DNA of 50,866 bases. Origin: Octopus bimaculoides. Lineage: Eukaryota. The position numbers and the translations under genes were made by a program. The notes beneath the pieces were generated by a model. It did not search any database. It saw nothing but the letters and a program-made list of their open reading frames with translations, and was not told the origin of the DNA. Of this stretch, positions 13,449 through 26,624 are shown piece by piece. The first letter of the stretch is position 1. Each line of letters opens with the position of its first letter. Location of the stretch: assembly GCF_001194135.2 (NCBI RefSeq), contig NC_069002.1:7495242-7546107 (forward strand), read 5' to 3'.

Positions 13449-13914
13449 TATCCACCGTGTTTATCACAAGTTTCTATCACTGGGAAATAAGAATTTACCG
13501 CTGAAACTGTTTCAAGTGTGTTTTTTTTTGTTTTTGTGTTTTTTTTTATGGTGAATTAATGGAGAATTCTAGGAGAGAATCGGAAATCAGGAATAAAATT
13601 GGTAGATCACATGTATTGATTGATATGAACGGCACGTTTCAGTTAAGTCAACATGTTATTGTTGATGACGATGGTTGCGATGATGATGATTGTGATGATG
13701 ATGGTGGTGATGGTGATGATGATGAGGAGGAGGGAGGAGGAAGGGGAGGAGGTGGAAGGGGAGGAGGTGGAAGAGGAGGAGGCGGAAGAGGAGACGGAGG
13801 GGTAGGGATAGGATTGTTGTTGATGATAATGATGATGAAGGGAAGAAGACTGATAATGGTGATAGTCGTAGGAGTGGTCAGAGTGGCTGATGATGATTGC
13901 TGATTGATGTCGAT

Positions 13915-14229
13915 CAATGATTGATGATTGATGACTAATGACTGATGATTGATGACTAATGATTGATGGCTAATGATTGATGATTGATGACTGATGACTA
14001 ATGATTGATGACTGATGACTAATGTTTGATGACTAATGTTTGATGACTAATGTTTGATGACTAATGATTGATGTCTAATGACTAATGCATGATGATTGAT
14101 GACTAATGACTGATGGTTGATGGTTGCGGGCTGCTGTTTGATTGTGAGTGATGACTAATGATTGATGACTAATGATTGATGACTGATGACTAATGCTTGA
14201 TGCTTGCTGACTAATGACTGATGATTAAT
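13915..14229. repeat. Degenerate minisatellite built from GATGACTAAT / GATTGATGACT units
   Basis: Seen directly; it runs into the gap at 14230. Confidence 0.9.
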
Positions 14230-14763
14230 NNNNNNNNNNNNNNNNNNNNNNNNNNNNNNNNNNNNNNNNNNNNNNNNNNNNNNNNNNNNNNNNNNNNNNN
14301 NNNNNNNNNNNNNNNNNNNNNNNNNNNNNNNNNNNNNNNNNNNNNNNNNNNNNNNNNNNNNNNNNNNNNNNNNNNNNNNNNNNNNNNNNNNNNNNNNNNN
14401 NNNNNNNNNNNNNNNNNNNNNNNNNNNNNNNNNNNNNNNNNNNNNNNNNNNNNNNNNNNNNNNNNNNNNNNNNNNNNNNNNNNNNNNNNNNNNNNNNNNN
14501 NNNNNNNNNNNNNNNNNNNNNNNNNNNNNNNNNNNNNNNNNNNNNNNNNNNNNNNNNNNNNNNNNNNNNNNNNNNNNNNNNNNNNNNNNNNNNNNNNNNN
14601 NNNNNNNNNNNNNNNNNNNNNNNNNNNNNNNNNNNNNNNNNNNNNNNNNNNNNNNNNNNNNNNNNNNNNNNNNNNNNNNNNNNNNNNNNNNNNNNNNNNN
14701 NNNNNNNNNNNNNTATATGTAGCGTCCTATCCATGGCCACTCCGTATTATTTGAAGTGAGTAA

Positions 14764-14949
14764 GGCGGTGAGCTGGCAGAACGGTTAGCACGCCGGGCAA
14801 AATGCTGAGCAGCATTTTGTCCCATCTTTACGTTTTGAATTCGAATTCCGCCGAGGTCGACTTTGCCTTTCATTCTTTCGGGGTCGATAAATGAAGAACC
14901 AGTTGAGTACTGGGGTCGAAATTGTTGTCTTTGTGCCAAAATTTGAAAT
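14764..14949 (+). mobile_element. tRNA-headed SINE family A (central domain resembles the Meta domain of Sauria/MetaSINEs), with an internal deletion
   Basis: GGCGGTGAGCTGGCAGAACGGTTAG (A box), GAATTCGAATTCC (B box), then GCCTTTCATTCTTTCGGGGTCGATAAATGAAGAACCAG. About 20 nt present in other copies are missing after TGGGGTCGA. Confidence 0.85.
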
Positions 14950-15071
14950 CATTATTTGAAGTATTTTTTTCTCAATTTTTTCACAATTTTTTTTCTCAAT
15001 GCCTTGGTTTGCATTTGACTGGTACTTCTAGCCAATTGGGAAACCATGCAACGGCTCCTCCGCTGTGTCCT

Positions 15072-15190
15072 TTTATTTGAAACCCAACAACCCGACAGTC
15101 ACCGCTATACACGCGAGGTGGTTCGGATCATTTCAGTGGATCCAGTTCACTCTTCTGTCACAAATTGGGTTTTCTAATGCCTAAAATTGT
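15072..15190 (-). repeat. Inverted copy of the 13323-13448 repeat
   Basis: TTCTGTCACAAATTGG (15153-15168), TTCAGTGGATC and ACAGTCACCG are the reverse complements of blocks in the left copy. Confidence 0.85.
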
Positions 15191-15372
15191 ATTTAATTAC
15201 ATTTTTTTTAACCCTTTTGCTTCTTTAATAACGATTACTCCAAAGATCATGGAATTGGAAAAAATAATTAAAAATTGAAAATAAAATAAAATAAAATAAA
15301 ATTGTTGGTAAAAACACCTGCAGCGCCCCACAACAAATACATGAGGAACCTGACAATAACTACATTGATAAG

Positions 15373-15425
<53 letters not shown>

Positions 15426-15529
15426 AACTACTGTTGCTGCTACTTCTGCTACGACCGTAGGTTCTGATTGTGACCACAAAGAATGTGGCACAGGTGGACG
15501 TAGGCAGAGGATATGTGTTTTTCTTGTAT

Positions 15530-15768
15530 ACTAATATGCAAGTGGTTGAACATTCCACAGATACGTGTATCCTTAACGTAGTTCTCAGGGAGATTCAGCG
15601 TGACACAGAACGTGACATGGCAGGCCCTTTGAATTACAGGTACCACTCATTGGACTAGTACCACTCATTGAACTGAAATGCTTTGGTCAAGGACACGACG
15701 CACCGGTGGGAATTGAACTCATGATATTACGATCATGAGCGCGATACCCTAACCACTAAGCCACGACG
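15530..15768 (-). mobile_element. tRNA-headed CORE-type SINE family D
   Basis: Minus strand reads TGGCTTAGTGGTTAGGG (A box)...GAGTTCAATTCCC (B box)...GTGTCCTTGACCAAAGCA (CORE-like). Internal 13-nt duplication GTACCACTCATTG at 15640 and 15658. Confidence 0.8.
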
Positions 15769-17535
15769 AGCCTTGACGTGTATATGCATAAATATGTATG
15801 TATATATGCATGTATGTCTAAGCTTGTATAAATATTTATGTAAGTACACTTGCATGCATGGCTGTATGTGTGCGCACATGCATATATATATATATGTGTG
15901 TGTGTATATGTAATTGTGTATATATATGTGTATTTTCCGCTGATCCAGGTCTTCCCATAAACGTTAATATCTTTTCGATTAAAATGTGGTTAACTTCGAA
16001 AGATGGACAGCACAGATAAGACACCGCCACCACGGCCATTACGACTCACCCCCATCACCACCACTACCATCACCAACATCACTGTTCCACCCTTCCCTAC
16101 TCCGCTCAATGTACCCCCATTTATACAGACATCTGACCTAAAACACCTCAAAACACCTCCATTCCATTCCACGCCCACAATCCAGGCAGATACATCCTGA
16201 AGCAGGTTGTCCCTGTAGACACGGGTTTTTTAATCGGTGGGGCGAGGTGAGGAGAGAAAACATGAANNNNNNNNNNNNNNNNNNNNNNNNNNNNNNNNNN
16301 NNNNNNNNNNNNNNNNNNNNNNNNNNNNNNNNNNNNNNNNNNNNNNNNNNNNNNNNNNNNNNNNNNNNNNNNNNNNNNNNNNNNNNNNNNNNNNNNNNNN
16401 NNNNNNNNNNNNNNNNNNNNNNNNNNNNNNNNNNNNNNNNNNNNNNNNNNNNNNNNNNNNNNNNNNNNNNNNNNNNNNNNNNNNNNNNNNNNNNNNNNNN
16501 NNNNNNNNNNNNNNNNNNNNNNNNNNNNNNNNNNNNNNNNNNNNNNNNNNNNNNNNNNNNNNNNNNNNNNNNNNNNNNNNNNNNNNNNNNNNNNNNNNNN
16601 NNNNNNNNNNNNNNNNNNNNNNNNNNNNNNNNNNNNNNNNNNNNNNNNNNNNNNNNNNNNNNNNNNNNNNNNNNNNNNNNNNNNNNNNNNNNNNNNNNNN
16701 NNNNNNNNNNNNNNNNNNNNNNNNNNNNNNNNNNNNNNNNNNNNNNNNNNNNNNNNNNNNNNNNNNNNNNNNNNNNNNNNNNNNNNNNNNNNNNNNNNNN
16801 NNNNNNNNNNNNNNNNNNNNNNNNNNNNNNNNNNNNNNNNNNNNNNNNNNNNNNNNNNNNNNNNNNNNNNNNNNNNNNNNNNNNNNNNNNNNNNNNNNNN
16901 NNNNNNNNNNNNNNNNNNNNNNNNNNNNNNNNNNNNNNNNNNNNNNNNNNNNNNNNNNNNNNNNNNNNNNNNNNNNNNNNNNNNNNNNNNNNNNNNNNNN
17001 NNNNNNNNNNNNNNNNNNNNNNNNNNNNNNNNNNNNNNNNNNNNNNNNNNNNNNNNNNNNNNNNNNNNNNNNNNNNNNNNNNNNNNNNNNNNNNNNNNNN
17101 NNNNNNNNNNNNNNNNNNNNNNNNNNNNNNNNNNNNNNNNNNNNNNNNNNNNNNNNNNNNNNNNNNNNNNNNNNNNNNNNNNNNNNTATATATATATATA
17201 TATATCATATGTGGTGAGAAGTGTACCGTTCGCGACTGGACGGATATAAATAAAAGTTCAACAATTTTTTAAAGCTTTGAATTAAATAGTAAACGCATGC
17301 ATTTATACACACATATATACATAAATACAGGCATACATGCATTTGTACACTCATACACGCATGCATACATGCATTCACAAACACATATATAGATACTATA
17401 TGACTATATTTAGATATATGTACATACATATAAATATTTATTTACGTATATCGTTCATGTGGAACGACAACAAAACATACGTTCATGTGCATGTACTAGC
17501 ATATAATATATATATAAATATATATGCATATATGC

Positions 17536-17567
<32 letters not shown>

Positions 17568-18028
17568 NNNNNNNNNNATATATATATATGTATATACATG
17601 TATATGTGTATATATTTATATATGCATATTTATACATATACATATACATATATATGTATATATATGTGTATATATGTATATGTATACATATTCCATATAT
17701 TCATATAAAACAGCAATATATATACATATNNNNNNNNNNTAATAATAACAATAATAATAACAATAATAATAGTAATAATAAAAATAACACCGCCAACAAC
17801 AATAATGATAATGATAACAAAACCATATTTTTTTTCAAAACGTTATTTTTATGCTCTCCGTTGCGTCCCATAAATTTAAAAAAAAAAAAACGAACATTGT
17901 ACAACCTGCGTATAGAAATGAAAAACGGCTGGGATAGGAGGAGCAGAACTTGAGACAGGANNNNNNNNNNNNNNNNNNNNNNNNNNNNNNNNNNNNNNNN
18001 NNNNNNNNNNNNNNNNNNNNNNNNNNNN

Positions 18029-18091
<63 letters not shown>

Positions 18092-18253
18092 ATATATACT
18101 CATATGTTTATGTCATTGTATGTGAATGAATAGAAATATATATATATATACATGTATAAATGCATGTGGGTACATAAAAATAAGTACATACAATAATATA
18201 TATATATATATATGTACGTATGGTATACAAATATACGCATACGCATATGCACA

Positions 18254-18291
<38 letters not shown>

Positions 18292-18352
18292 CTATATCTA
18301 TATATATATATCTATATATCTATATCTAAAATTATATCTCTCTATACACACG

Positions 18353-18390
<38 letters not shown>

Positions 18391-19020
18391 GTGTGTGTTT
18401 GTGAGTATATACGAATATGAGTAGATNNNNNNNNNNNNNNNNNNNNNNNNNNNNNNNNNNNNNNNNNNNNNNNNNNNNNNNNNNNNNNNNNNNNNNNNNN
18501 NNNNNNNNNNNNNNNNNNNNNNNNNNNNNNNNNNNNNNNNNNNNNNNNNNNNNNNNNNNNNNNNNNNNNNNNNNNNNNNNNNNNNNNNNNNNNNNNNNNN
18601 NNNNNNNNNNNNNNNNNNNNNNNNNNNNNNNNNNNNNNNNNNNNNNNNNNNNNNNNNNNNNNNNNNNNNNNNNNNNNNNNNNNNNNNNNNNNNNNNNNNN
18701 NNNNNNNNNNNNNNNNNNNNNNNNNNNNNNNNNNNNNNNNNNNNNNNNNNNNNNNNNNNNNNNNNNNNNNNNNNNNNNNNNNNNNNNNNNNNNNNNNNNN
18801 NNNNNNNNNNNNNNNNNNNNNNNNNNNNNNNNNNNNNNNNNNNNNNNNNNNNNNNNNNNNNNNNNNNNNNNNNNNNNNNNNNNNNNNNNNNNNNNNNNNN
18901 NNNNNNNNNNNNNNNNNNNNNNNNNNNNNNNNNNNNNNNNNNNNNNNNNNNNNNNNNNNNNNNNNNNNNNNNNNNNNNNNNNNNNNNNNNNNNNNNNNNN
19001 NNNNNNNNNNNNNNNNATGG

Positions 19021-19051
<31 letters not shown>

Positions 19052-19058
19052 TATATGT

Positions 19059-19113
<55 letters not shown>

Positions 19114-19451
19114 TATATATTCAGGGACAGAGACAGAGAGATGTATACAAATACATACCCAATATAAGCAGGTACAGAACTTTATGGATTTATAGCAGTA
19201 TGTATACCACGCCCATTACTCTTAGGATAAGTGGGAACCCTACACATGAAGGCAAGAATCCATATCAACATTCAACAGAATAGGAAATGTGTATATATAT
19301 ATATACACATTTATACATATAAGTATATATCAGCCGAAATTGCAAGGATAATCTTGATCTCGACTGAAGAAAGAAAACTCCAAATGACCTGTCCGTGTTT
19401 TCTTTGTGTCGTCTATCTGGATGTTTTGTGTTCTTGTCCCATTCTGTATCA

Positions 19452-19492
<41 letters not shown>

Positions 19493-19501
19493 GAAGGTAT
19501 T

Positions 19502-19566
19502 AAAATGCAATTTTAAAGAAGTTTATTAACCGGTCAAGTGAATAAACATCTTTAAAATTGCATTTT
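19502..19566. repeat. Near-perfect 26-bp inverted repeat with a 13-nt loop
   Basis: AAAATGCAATTTTAAAGAAGTTTATT (19502-19527) versus AATAAACATCTTTAAAATTGCATTTT (19541-19566); 25 of 26 positions pair. Confidence 0.95.
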
Positions 19567-19739
19567 GCCCTGCACAGACAGCCTTCCTCTTTGTAATTGC
19601 TGTGCCATGTCCAAATCTGCATCGCTGTTGGTGACTCTTTAGGGAACTTTCTCACACATGCACGCTGCATAGTTTTGTTCGACTGTGTTTGAGAATACTC
19701 CAACACACAAAATGCCTTTTCTCTGTCAGTGAATGCCAT
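19563..19739 (-). mobile_element. Mariner-like transposase N-terminal fragment (DUF4817-type HTH)
   Basis: MAFTDREKAFCVLEYSQTQSNKTMQRACVRKFPKESPTAMQIWTWHSNYKEEGCLCRAK fits the EKAFCVLE...S..TVQRAF.R.F....P....I..W...F.E.GCLC pattern. It is truncated at the hairpin. Confidence 0.8.
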
Positions 19740-19985
19740 TTCTATACTTGAATGTGACTGTGATGATGACGATGATACCGATGGTGACGATGATACCGAT
19801 GGTGACGATGATGACGACTGCGATGTTGATGATAATGACGACTGCGATGATAACAAGGATGACGATGACGATGACGATGATGATGACGATGATGATAATT
19901 ACGATGTTCTAGCTAAGCTGCAACGGCCATCATCAATACTTCTTCAGATTTCCTCATGTATTTCGTCATTGTGTTATATAAAAGT

Positions 19986-20196
19986 ATTCTTTTCTAGTCT
20001 AGGCACAAGGCCCGAAATTTTTGGCGAAGGGTGCCAGTCGATTAGATCGACCCCAGTACACAACTGGTACTCAATTTATCGATCCCGAAAGAATGAAAGG
20101 CAAGGTCGACCTCGGCGGAATTTGAACTCAGAACGTAAAGACAAACGAAATACCGCTAAGCACTTCGTCCTGCGTGCTAACGTTTCTGCCTGTCGC
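19986..20196 (-). mobile_element. SINE family A, near full length, tail subtype 2
   Basis: ATTCTTTTCTAGTCTAGGCACAAGG tail, GTCGATTAGATCGAC hairpin and GGAATTTGAACTC (B box reverse complement); colinear with 43011-43240. Confidence 0.9.
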
Positions 20197-21437
20197 AATT
20201 CTCATATGCGATTAATAGCCTTGTTACCATTTCCCTTCTTACGGGAGACTGTTTTCCATTATTCATCGTTTTATTTCTCATTGTATGACATATCGCAAGG
20301 AACCGAAGGGAAGAGAGGTGCCTTGTGGTGTTATTCTGAGTGTAAGGATACTGTTGATGATCGTGGCGATATTGTCCCTGTAGTGGTTTTTCTCATAGCA
20401 GGTTCTGTTCATGTTTTGGTCGGTGTTGCCGCTTCTATCACTTCTCATGTTCTTGTTTATAACAGTGGTGGTGGTGGTGGTGGTGGTGGAGCTAGTGGTC
20501 ATCACAGAGACTAACATGACGATAATTCTATCCTCCATAACAACTTTAAAAAAGTTCGAAGATGAATACCTGGATGTTATAATATTACGGATAGTAAATT
20601 CGAAGTTTTGCTGGTTATAGTTTTATNNNNNNNNNNNNNNNNNNNNNNNNNNNNNNNNNNNNNNNNNNNNNNNNNNNNNNNNNNNNNNNNNNNNNNNNNN
20701 NNNNNNNNNNNNNNNNNNNNNNNNNNNNNNNNNNNNNNNNNNNNNNNNNNNNNNNNNNNNNNNNNNNNNNNNNNNNNNNNNNNNNNNNNNNNNNNNNNNN
20801 NNNNNNNNNNNNNNNNNNNNNNNNNNNNNNNNNNNNNNNNNNNNNNNNNNNNNNNNNNNNNNNNNNNNNNNNNNNNNNNNNNNNNNNNNNNNNNNNNNNN
20901 NNNNNNNNNNNNNNNNNNNNNNNNNNNNNNNNNNNNNNNNNNNNNNNNNNNNNNNNNNNNNNNNNNNNNNNNNNNNNNNNNNNNNNNNNNNNNNNNNNNN
21001 NNNNNNNNNNNNNNNNNNNNNNNNNNNNNNNNNNNNNNNNNNNNNNNNNNNNNNNNNNNNNNNNNNNNNNNNNNNNNNNNNTATATATATATATATATAT
21101 ATATATATGCATGTATGTATGTATGTATGTATGTATATATGTGCATATGTGCATTTGTGCATATATACGCATAAATAAGTATTTCAAAGGGCTTTGCAGG
21201 TAGTTATGCATAAAATCCGTTTGACCCCGGATATCGTCTGTCAAGTTCATACCACACCTCCATCATATATCACTCCTCCCACTTCCAACTGTCCTTCTTC
21301 CAACTCCCCACCACCCCCAACACTCCCGCACCGGCAATCTCGTTACGCCGATGGAGTTGAAATGACACAGTTCGTATGGAGGGAGAGAACTATGTGGGGC
21401 CGATATATGCACCTATACGTACGTACATACCTGCATG

Positions 21438-21473
<36 letters not shown>

Positions 21474-21612
21474 TATTCGTACGTAGAGACATGATACTAT
21501 TCACACACTTCGACACATGTACCTACAGCTTAATATATCATATTTGTTTAGAAATTTGTACACACTCACACACACACATACTTATAGATAAGTATACATA
21601 TATATATACATA

Positions 21613-21637
21613 TATCTATCTATCTATCTATCTATAT

Positions 21638-21714
<77 letters not shown>
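21613..21714. repeat. (TCTA)n switching into a long (AGAT)n tetranucleotide array
   Basis: Seen directly; similar arrays lie at 45600-45641 and 47630-47716. Confidence 0.95.
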
Positions 21715-21845
21715 CGGAGAGAAAGAGAGGAGAGAGAGATTGGCGTAGCTATATGCATACAAGTATGTTTATATAAACAGATATGGACAATGTGCTCATA
21801 CATACGCACGGATATGTACTACATATATATGTATATATTTGTATG

Positions 21846-21926
<81 letters not shown>

Positions 21927-21933
21927 ATGTAAG

Positions 21934-21965
<32 letters not shown>

Positions 21966-23311
21966 TACACACACGCATATATAGATACATATATGTACAT
22001 GTAAAAACCATGTATTTATTTACGTATTCGTGTATATTTCTGTATCTAAATATGTATATATATGCCTATATATGTATATATACATAGGTTACGATCAGTG
22101 TTGCTCACGTAAGCATATAGATTGCATGCTGATCCGCTGAGACGATTAGTGGAGCCACCGTTGAAATCGTTTAAGAATCTTCCATGGATGAGAAGACGAA
22201 TCGTTGTGAAGATGGCAGGAATTAAGGAATGTAGAGGACTAACTCCCCTTCATATCTCAACGGATAACACGTGTTTTGTTTGGATTCGATTGATTCAGTT
22301 TTAATATTATCTCCCCTTCCTCCGACACTCTCTTCTTTTGTTTCACTTTCGTATATCTTAAATTCTTTTTTTTTTATTTTCTTTTGCACTTTCGATCTTT
22401 GTTTTGTTGACTCTCTTTTCTGCTGTACGCTTTCTTTCTCTGGTTCTCATTCTACTACTCGCACCCTCTTCTTGTCTCTTTTGTCTGATATATATATATA
22501 TATATATANNNNNNNNNNNNNNNNNNNNNNNNNNNNNNNNNNNNNNNNNNNNNNNNNNNNNNNNNNNNNNNNNNNNNNNNNNNNNNNNNNNNNNNNNNNN
22601 NNNNNNNNNNNNNNNNNNNNNNNNNNNNNNNNNNNNNNNNNNNNNNNNNNNNNNNNNNNNNNNNNNNNNNNNNNNNNNNNNNNNNNNNNNNNNNNNNNNN
22701 NNNNNNNNNNNNNNNNNNNNNNNNNNNNNNNNNNNNNNNNNNNNNNNNNNNNNNNNNNNNNNNNNNNNNNNNNNNNNNNNNNNNNNNNNNNNNNNNNNNN
22801 NNNNNNNNNNNNNNNNNNNNNNNNNNNNNNNNNNNNNNNNNNNNNNNNNNNNNNNNNNNNNNNNNNNNNNNNNNNNNNNNNNNNNNNNNNNNNNNNNNNN
22901 NNNNNNNNNNNNNNNNNNNNNNNNNNNNNNNNNNNNNNNNNNNNNNNNNNNNNNNNNNNNNNNNNNNNNNNNNNNNNNNNNNNNNNNNNNNNNNNNNNNN
23001 NNNNNNNNNNNNNNNNNNNNNNNNNNNNNNNNNNNNNNNNNNNNNNNNNNNNNNNNNNNNNNNNNNNNNNNNNNNNNNNNNNNNNNNNNNNNNNNNNNNN
23101 NNNNNNNNNNNNNNNNNNNNNNNNNNNNNNNNNNNNNNNNNNNNNNNNNNNNNNNNNNNNNNNNNNNNNNNNNNNNNNNNNNNNNNNNNNNNNNNNNNNN
23201 NNNNNNNNNNNNNNNNNNNNNNNNNNNNNNNNNNNNNNNNNNNNNNNNNNNNNNNNNNNNNNNNNNNNNNNNNNNNNNNNNNNNNNNNNNNNNNNNNNNN
23301 NNNNNNNNNNN

Positions 23312-23345
<34 letters not shown>

Positions 23346-23504
23346 CATGACGGGCTTCTTTCTGTTTCCGTCTTCGAAGTTCATGCACAAGTCTTCGGTC
23401 GACCCGCGGCTATAGTACAAGACAGTAGTCCAAGGTGTTACGTAGTGAGACTGAACCCGGAACTATGTGGTTAGGAAGAAAACTCCTTACTGCACAGCCA
23501 TGCC
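23346..23504 (-). mobile_element. SINE family B, 5' half (breaks at its microsatellite and the adjacent gap)
   Basis: CGGGCTTCTTTCTGTTTCCG...GCTATAG...CCAAGGTG...CTGAACCCGGAACTATGTGG...CTTACTGCACAGCCA is colinear with 2655-2810. Confidence 0.85.
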
Positions 23505-24218
23505 TTGTCTCATTCTAGAGAGATTTAGCTGCTTTATTTAGCAAATCATTCGCGACTTTGTTAAAGCTTCCTCTTTGGTTTGTAGAAGTATTTCTACAAT
23601 TGCGGAAGTGATAATAACTGAAGTATTCTGTGAGAAGAACATCGTTGTAAATATAAATCAAACTACAGTCCACATTCAGGTTTTATAACAATGGCGGAAA
23701 TACAGTCAATAAATAACACACCGCGTATAGAACAGAGGTGGGAATGTTGTCATTCATTTCACTGTAAGCTTAAAATGCCGTAATGGTGGAAATTCAAACA
23801 GGAAACAGCGATCTAGAGAGCGCGGCATTGGCGGAAGTTGTGAGAGCATAATGTATAGAGTGTGAATGAGAAGGGAAGGTTAGTTATTAAGGGGTGGGTG
23901 GGAAAAAAAAACAGTAAACACAAGGCACGCCTTTAGCATGTCAACGTTGAACATATACAATGGACTTCCACACATTCGGATCGAAAGCAAAGCAGCGATG
24001 TGGATGGACTCGTAAAGTACATATTTTGTACGGGAAAACAATGGGAACAATTAATACCAGCCAATGACGCGGAAATACAACGCGCTCGTGTCAGAAACAC
24101 GCAAACACACGTACACACACACATACACACACACATACATTAACACACACACAAACAAACACACACACACGCGCATAGACACAAGGTGTGTATAAAATGG
24201 CAACAAACATACACACAC

Positions 24219-24269
<51 letters not shown>

Positions 24270-24452
24270 TGAGTGTGTGTGTGTATCTATCTATCTATCA
24301 ATGATCATATACATACATACATACATACATACATACATAAATAAATAAATATATATATGTATGTATGTATGCGTATGTGTGTATGTGTGTAGACATTCAT
24401 TCATACATACATACATACATACATACTCATGTCTAATTACACGTTCACAAAC

Positions 24453-24492
<40 letters not shown>

Positions 24493-25329
24493 ATACAAAC
24501 ACACACACACACGTACACATACTTAAACACATACACGCACAGAAGCAGCAGCACAGCCTCCACCACTGTTAAAACCCACCACCACCACCACCACCACCAC
24601 CANNNNNNNNNNNNNNNNNNNNNNNNNNNNNNNNNNNNNNNNNNNNNNNNNNNNNNNNNNNNNNNNNNNNNNNNNNNNNNNNNNNNNNNNNNNNNNNNNN
24701 NNNNNNNNNNNNNNNNNNNNNNNNNNNNNNNNNNNNNNNNNNNNNNNNNNNNNNNNNNNNNNNNNNNNNNNNNNNNNNNNNNNNNNNNNNNNNNNNNNNN
24801 NNNNNNNNNNNNNNNNNNNNNNNNNNNNNNNNNNNNNNNNNNNNNNNNNNNNNNNNNNNNNNNNNNNNNNNNNNNNNNNNNNNNNNNNNNNNNNNNNNNN
24901 NNNNNNNNNNNNNNNNNNNNNNNNNNNNNNNNNNNNNNNNNNNNNNNNNNNNNNNNNNNNNNNNNNNNNNNNNNNNNNNNNNNNNNNNNNNNNNNNNNNN
25001 NNNNNNNNNNNNNNNNNNNNNNNNNNNNNNNNNNNNNNNNNNNNNNNNNNNNNNNNNNNNNNNNNNNNNNNNNNNNNNNNNNNNNNNNNNNNNNNNNNNN
25101 NNNNNNNNNNNNNNNNNNNNNNNNNNNNNNNNNNNNNNNNNNNNNNNNNNNNNNNNNNNNNNNNNNNNNNNNNNNNNNNNNNNNNNNNNNNNNNNNNNNN
25201 NNNNNNNNNNNNNNNNNNNNNNNNNNNNNNNNNNNNNNNNNNNNNNNNNNNNNNNNNNNNNNNNNNNNNNNNNNNNNNNNNNNNNNNNNNNNNNNNNNNN
25301 NNNNNNNNNNNNNNNNNNNNNNNNNNNNC

Positions 25330-25393
25330 ATTCCATAAAACCCCTATAGACAACCGGGTGTCCTTTAGTGAATATTTACCCTAAAAGGGATAG
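25330..25393 (-). repeat. Repeat end with inverted partner at 26561-26624
   Basis: Reverse complement CTATCCCTTTTAGGGTAAATATTCACTAAAGGACACCCGG versus CTAACCCTTTTAGGGCAAATATTCACTAAAGGATACCCGG. Confidence 0.85.
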
Positions 25394-26292
25394 CAAAGGC
25401 GGAGGCGAGAAGTAGGGGGGGGGTAGGAACAGAGTTGCGGGATGTGGAGGGGAGGCAAGGTTTGGGTGTATCCCCTCCAAACTGGTACAACCTCTCTCCT
25501 TTTGTATTAAGACATCATTAGGGTACAAACGTTACTTTTGAGAAAAGGGAACGGGGGAGTCGATATAGGAGAGTGGACGAGGCGGGAAGGGAGGAGGGGG
25601 ACGAATGTGCTAGTCAATACGTGTTGTGGGTGGACAGGGGTGTGGACAGGGGTGTGCGATCTAAAGAGAATTAGATGATGTGTGTATATAGAAGGGAGGC
25701 GGGTACCGAGTGTAGAACCGTAAAATATGTGTGTCGTGTTAATGTGTAGTGGAGCATGATGTACATATATACATACATAAACACATACAGACATACACAT
25801 ACATGTGCGCGTACACTTCCATGCGCACGCACATACACATTCACGCACACAAGCATGCACACATGCGTACGCACACATTCATTTCTGAGTGTCTTGTTTA
25901 TGTAACATTAATTGCTACAAAGGTATTTGTGCGTATTAAAATGCATACAAATATACACACATGCATACCTACATACCTGTGTATATATATATATATGTGT
26001 GTGTGAGTGAGTGTGTGAATGCGTGAATGTGTGTCTATATATGTCTATGTGTATGTATGTAAGTGAGCGCGCGCCTACGTTTGTATTTGTATGCATATAT
26101 ATATATAAACGTCAGGTTAGAATAGAGACAGCTGATGAAGGAATATTCCAAGTGGCTTTCCGTTTTCCTATGTGTTCGTTCCGTTGTCTGTAGTTCATTG
26201 TTCTAACGTCCTGTACCCTGATATGCATATATATACACGTGTAGATGTAAGTATGTACATATATGTGTGTATACATGTATATATATTCTTTG

Positions 26293-26352
<60 letters not shown>

Positions 26353-26560
26353 TGTCCCGGCATGCACCCGGGAAAAAGCTGAGTAACTGGACACTGGATG
26401 GGCTCAAATTTACTGCTACACTCTAAGCCTGTACTGAGTTCGTCAACAACATATATATATATATATAACGACTATGTTATATATGTATGTTTATATATAT
26501 CGATAGAGATATTGATATACGTAAATAGGTATGTGTATGTGTGTGTGTGTGTCTCACTCT

Positions 26561-26624
26561 CTAACCCTTTTAGGGCAAATATTCACTAAAGGATACCCGG
26601 TAGTCCATAGTGGTTTAACGGAAT
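26561..26624 (+). repeat. Repeat end (TAACCCTTTT terminus), inverted partner of 25330-25393
   Basis: 17-nt exact block AAATATTCACTAAAGGA; homology continues to the gap edge of the left copy. Confidence 0.85.

Noticed and set aside
15700-15768. tRNA-like sequence with A and B boxes
   Set aside because: It continues into a CORE-like SINE body, and the acceptor stem is not intact; a SINE head, not a tRNA gene.
19729-20514. 261-aa plus ORF
   Set aside because: It is a chance read-through of a (GAT/GAC)n repeat, an antisense SINE and unique DNA.
21194-21649. Pro/Ser/Thr-rich ORF
   Set aside because: C-rich low-complexity strand running into microsatellite; no homology or clear exon boundaries.
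26106-26225. CTGATGAAGGAATATTCC with nearby AAACGTCAGG, reminiscent of a hammerhead or Penelope end
   Set aside because: GAAA is absent after the palindromic stem and the GUC part is in the wrong order; at best a scrambled relic.
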